Shown in pieces: positions 63,639-64,000 of a stretch of DNA of 64,000 bases. Below the pieces are notes generated by a model that was not told the DNA's origin, searched no databases, and saw only the letters and a program-made list of their open reading frames with translations. Position 1 is the first letter of the stretch. Every line of letters starts with the position of its first letter. Made by a program: the position numbers and the translations under genes. Source of the DNA: Octopus bimaculoides (Eukaryota); assembly GCF_001194135.2 (NCBI RefSeq), contig NC_068988.1, positions 53,997,264-54,061,263 of the forward strand, read 5' to 3'.

Positions 63639-63691
<53 letters not shown>

Positions 63692-64000
63692 CATGTTCAC
63701 ACACATACATATTTGTGTATTTATATGTGTATAACTACGTATACAAGTGCAAGGAAATGTACTCAAGACACATATACACACACGCAGCTATATGCATGTG
63801 TGTGTGTGTTTGTTTGTATATGGGTGTTCATGTGTGTGTGCGTGTGTGTGTGTGCGCGTGTGTGTGTAAGTGTACGTGTATACGTTTGCATATCTGCATT
63901 CGTGTGTGAGTGCTTGTTTAAAAGAAGCAATCACCAGTCTGTTACCTGTGCAGCTGGTACGTTTATGCAAAGGAATTCTGTCTATGAGACAAGAATAAAT

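Overview
AT-rich, microsatellite-saturated animal genomic DNA with many N-gaps. The repeat complement (tRNA-derived SINEs, RTE LINE tails ending in (GAT)n, and very dense (CA)n/(TA)n/(CAT)n/(TATG)n) is most consistent with an octopus/cephalopod draft scaffold; this is an inference. No complete host gene is visible. The best host-gene candidate is a pair of small in-phase minus-strand exons at 22.8-23.1 kb (MADGSKKTSTK + RFSITERNRRDLQDPYVSYTSIGQ). The rest is mostly decayed mobile DNA: three tRNA-SINE families, 5'-truncated RTE LINEs whose 3' UTR carries a variable-copy ~67-nt double-hairpin array, two R4/Dong-like LINE remnants, a Penelope RT remnant, five DD37D (maT) transposon pieces, Tc1 and mariner pieces, and two head-to-head non-autonomous Helitrons. 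The most notable signals are several Penelope-type minimal hammerhead-ribozyme motifs. One is clamped by an antisense copy of its own cleavage-site strand, and two carry a non-canonical CUGUUGAA-type core. A cluster of four fold-back palindromes lies within ~1 kb at 44.9-45.8 kb. Nearly all long ORFs in the supplied track are artefacts of microsatellites or N-gaps. TE boundaries are approximate, and family names come from motif recognition, not database searches.
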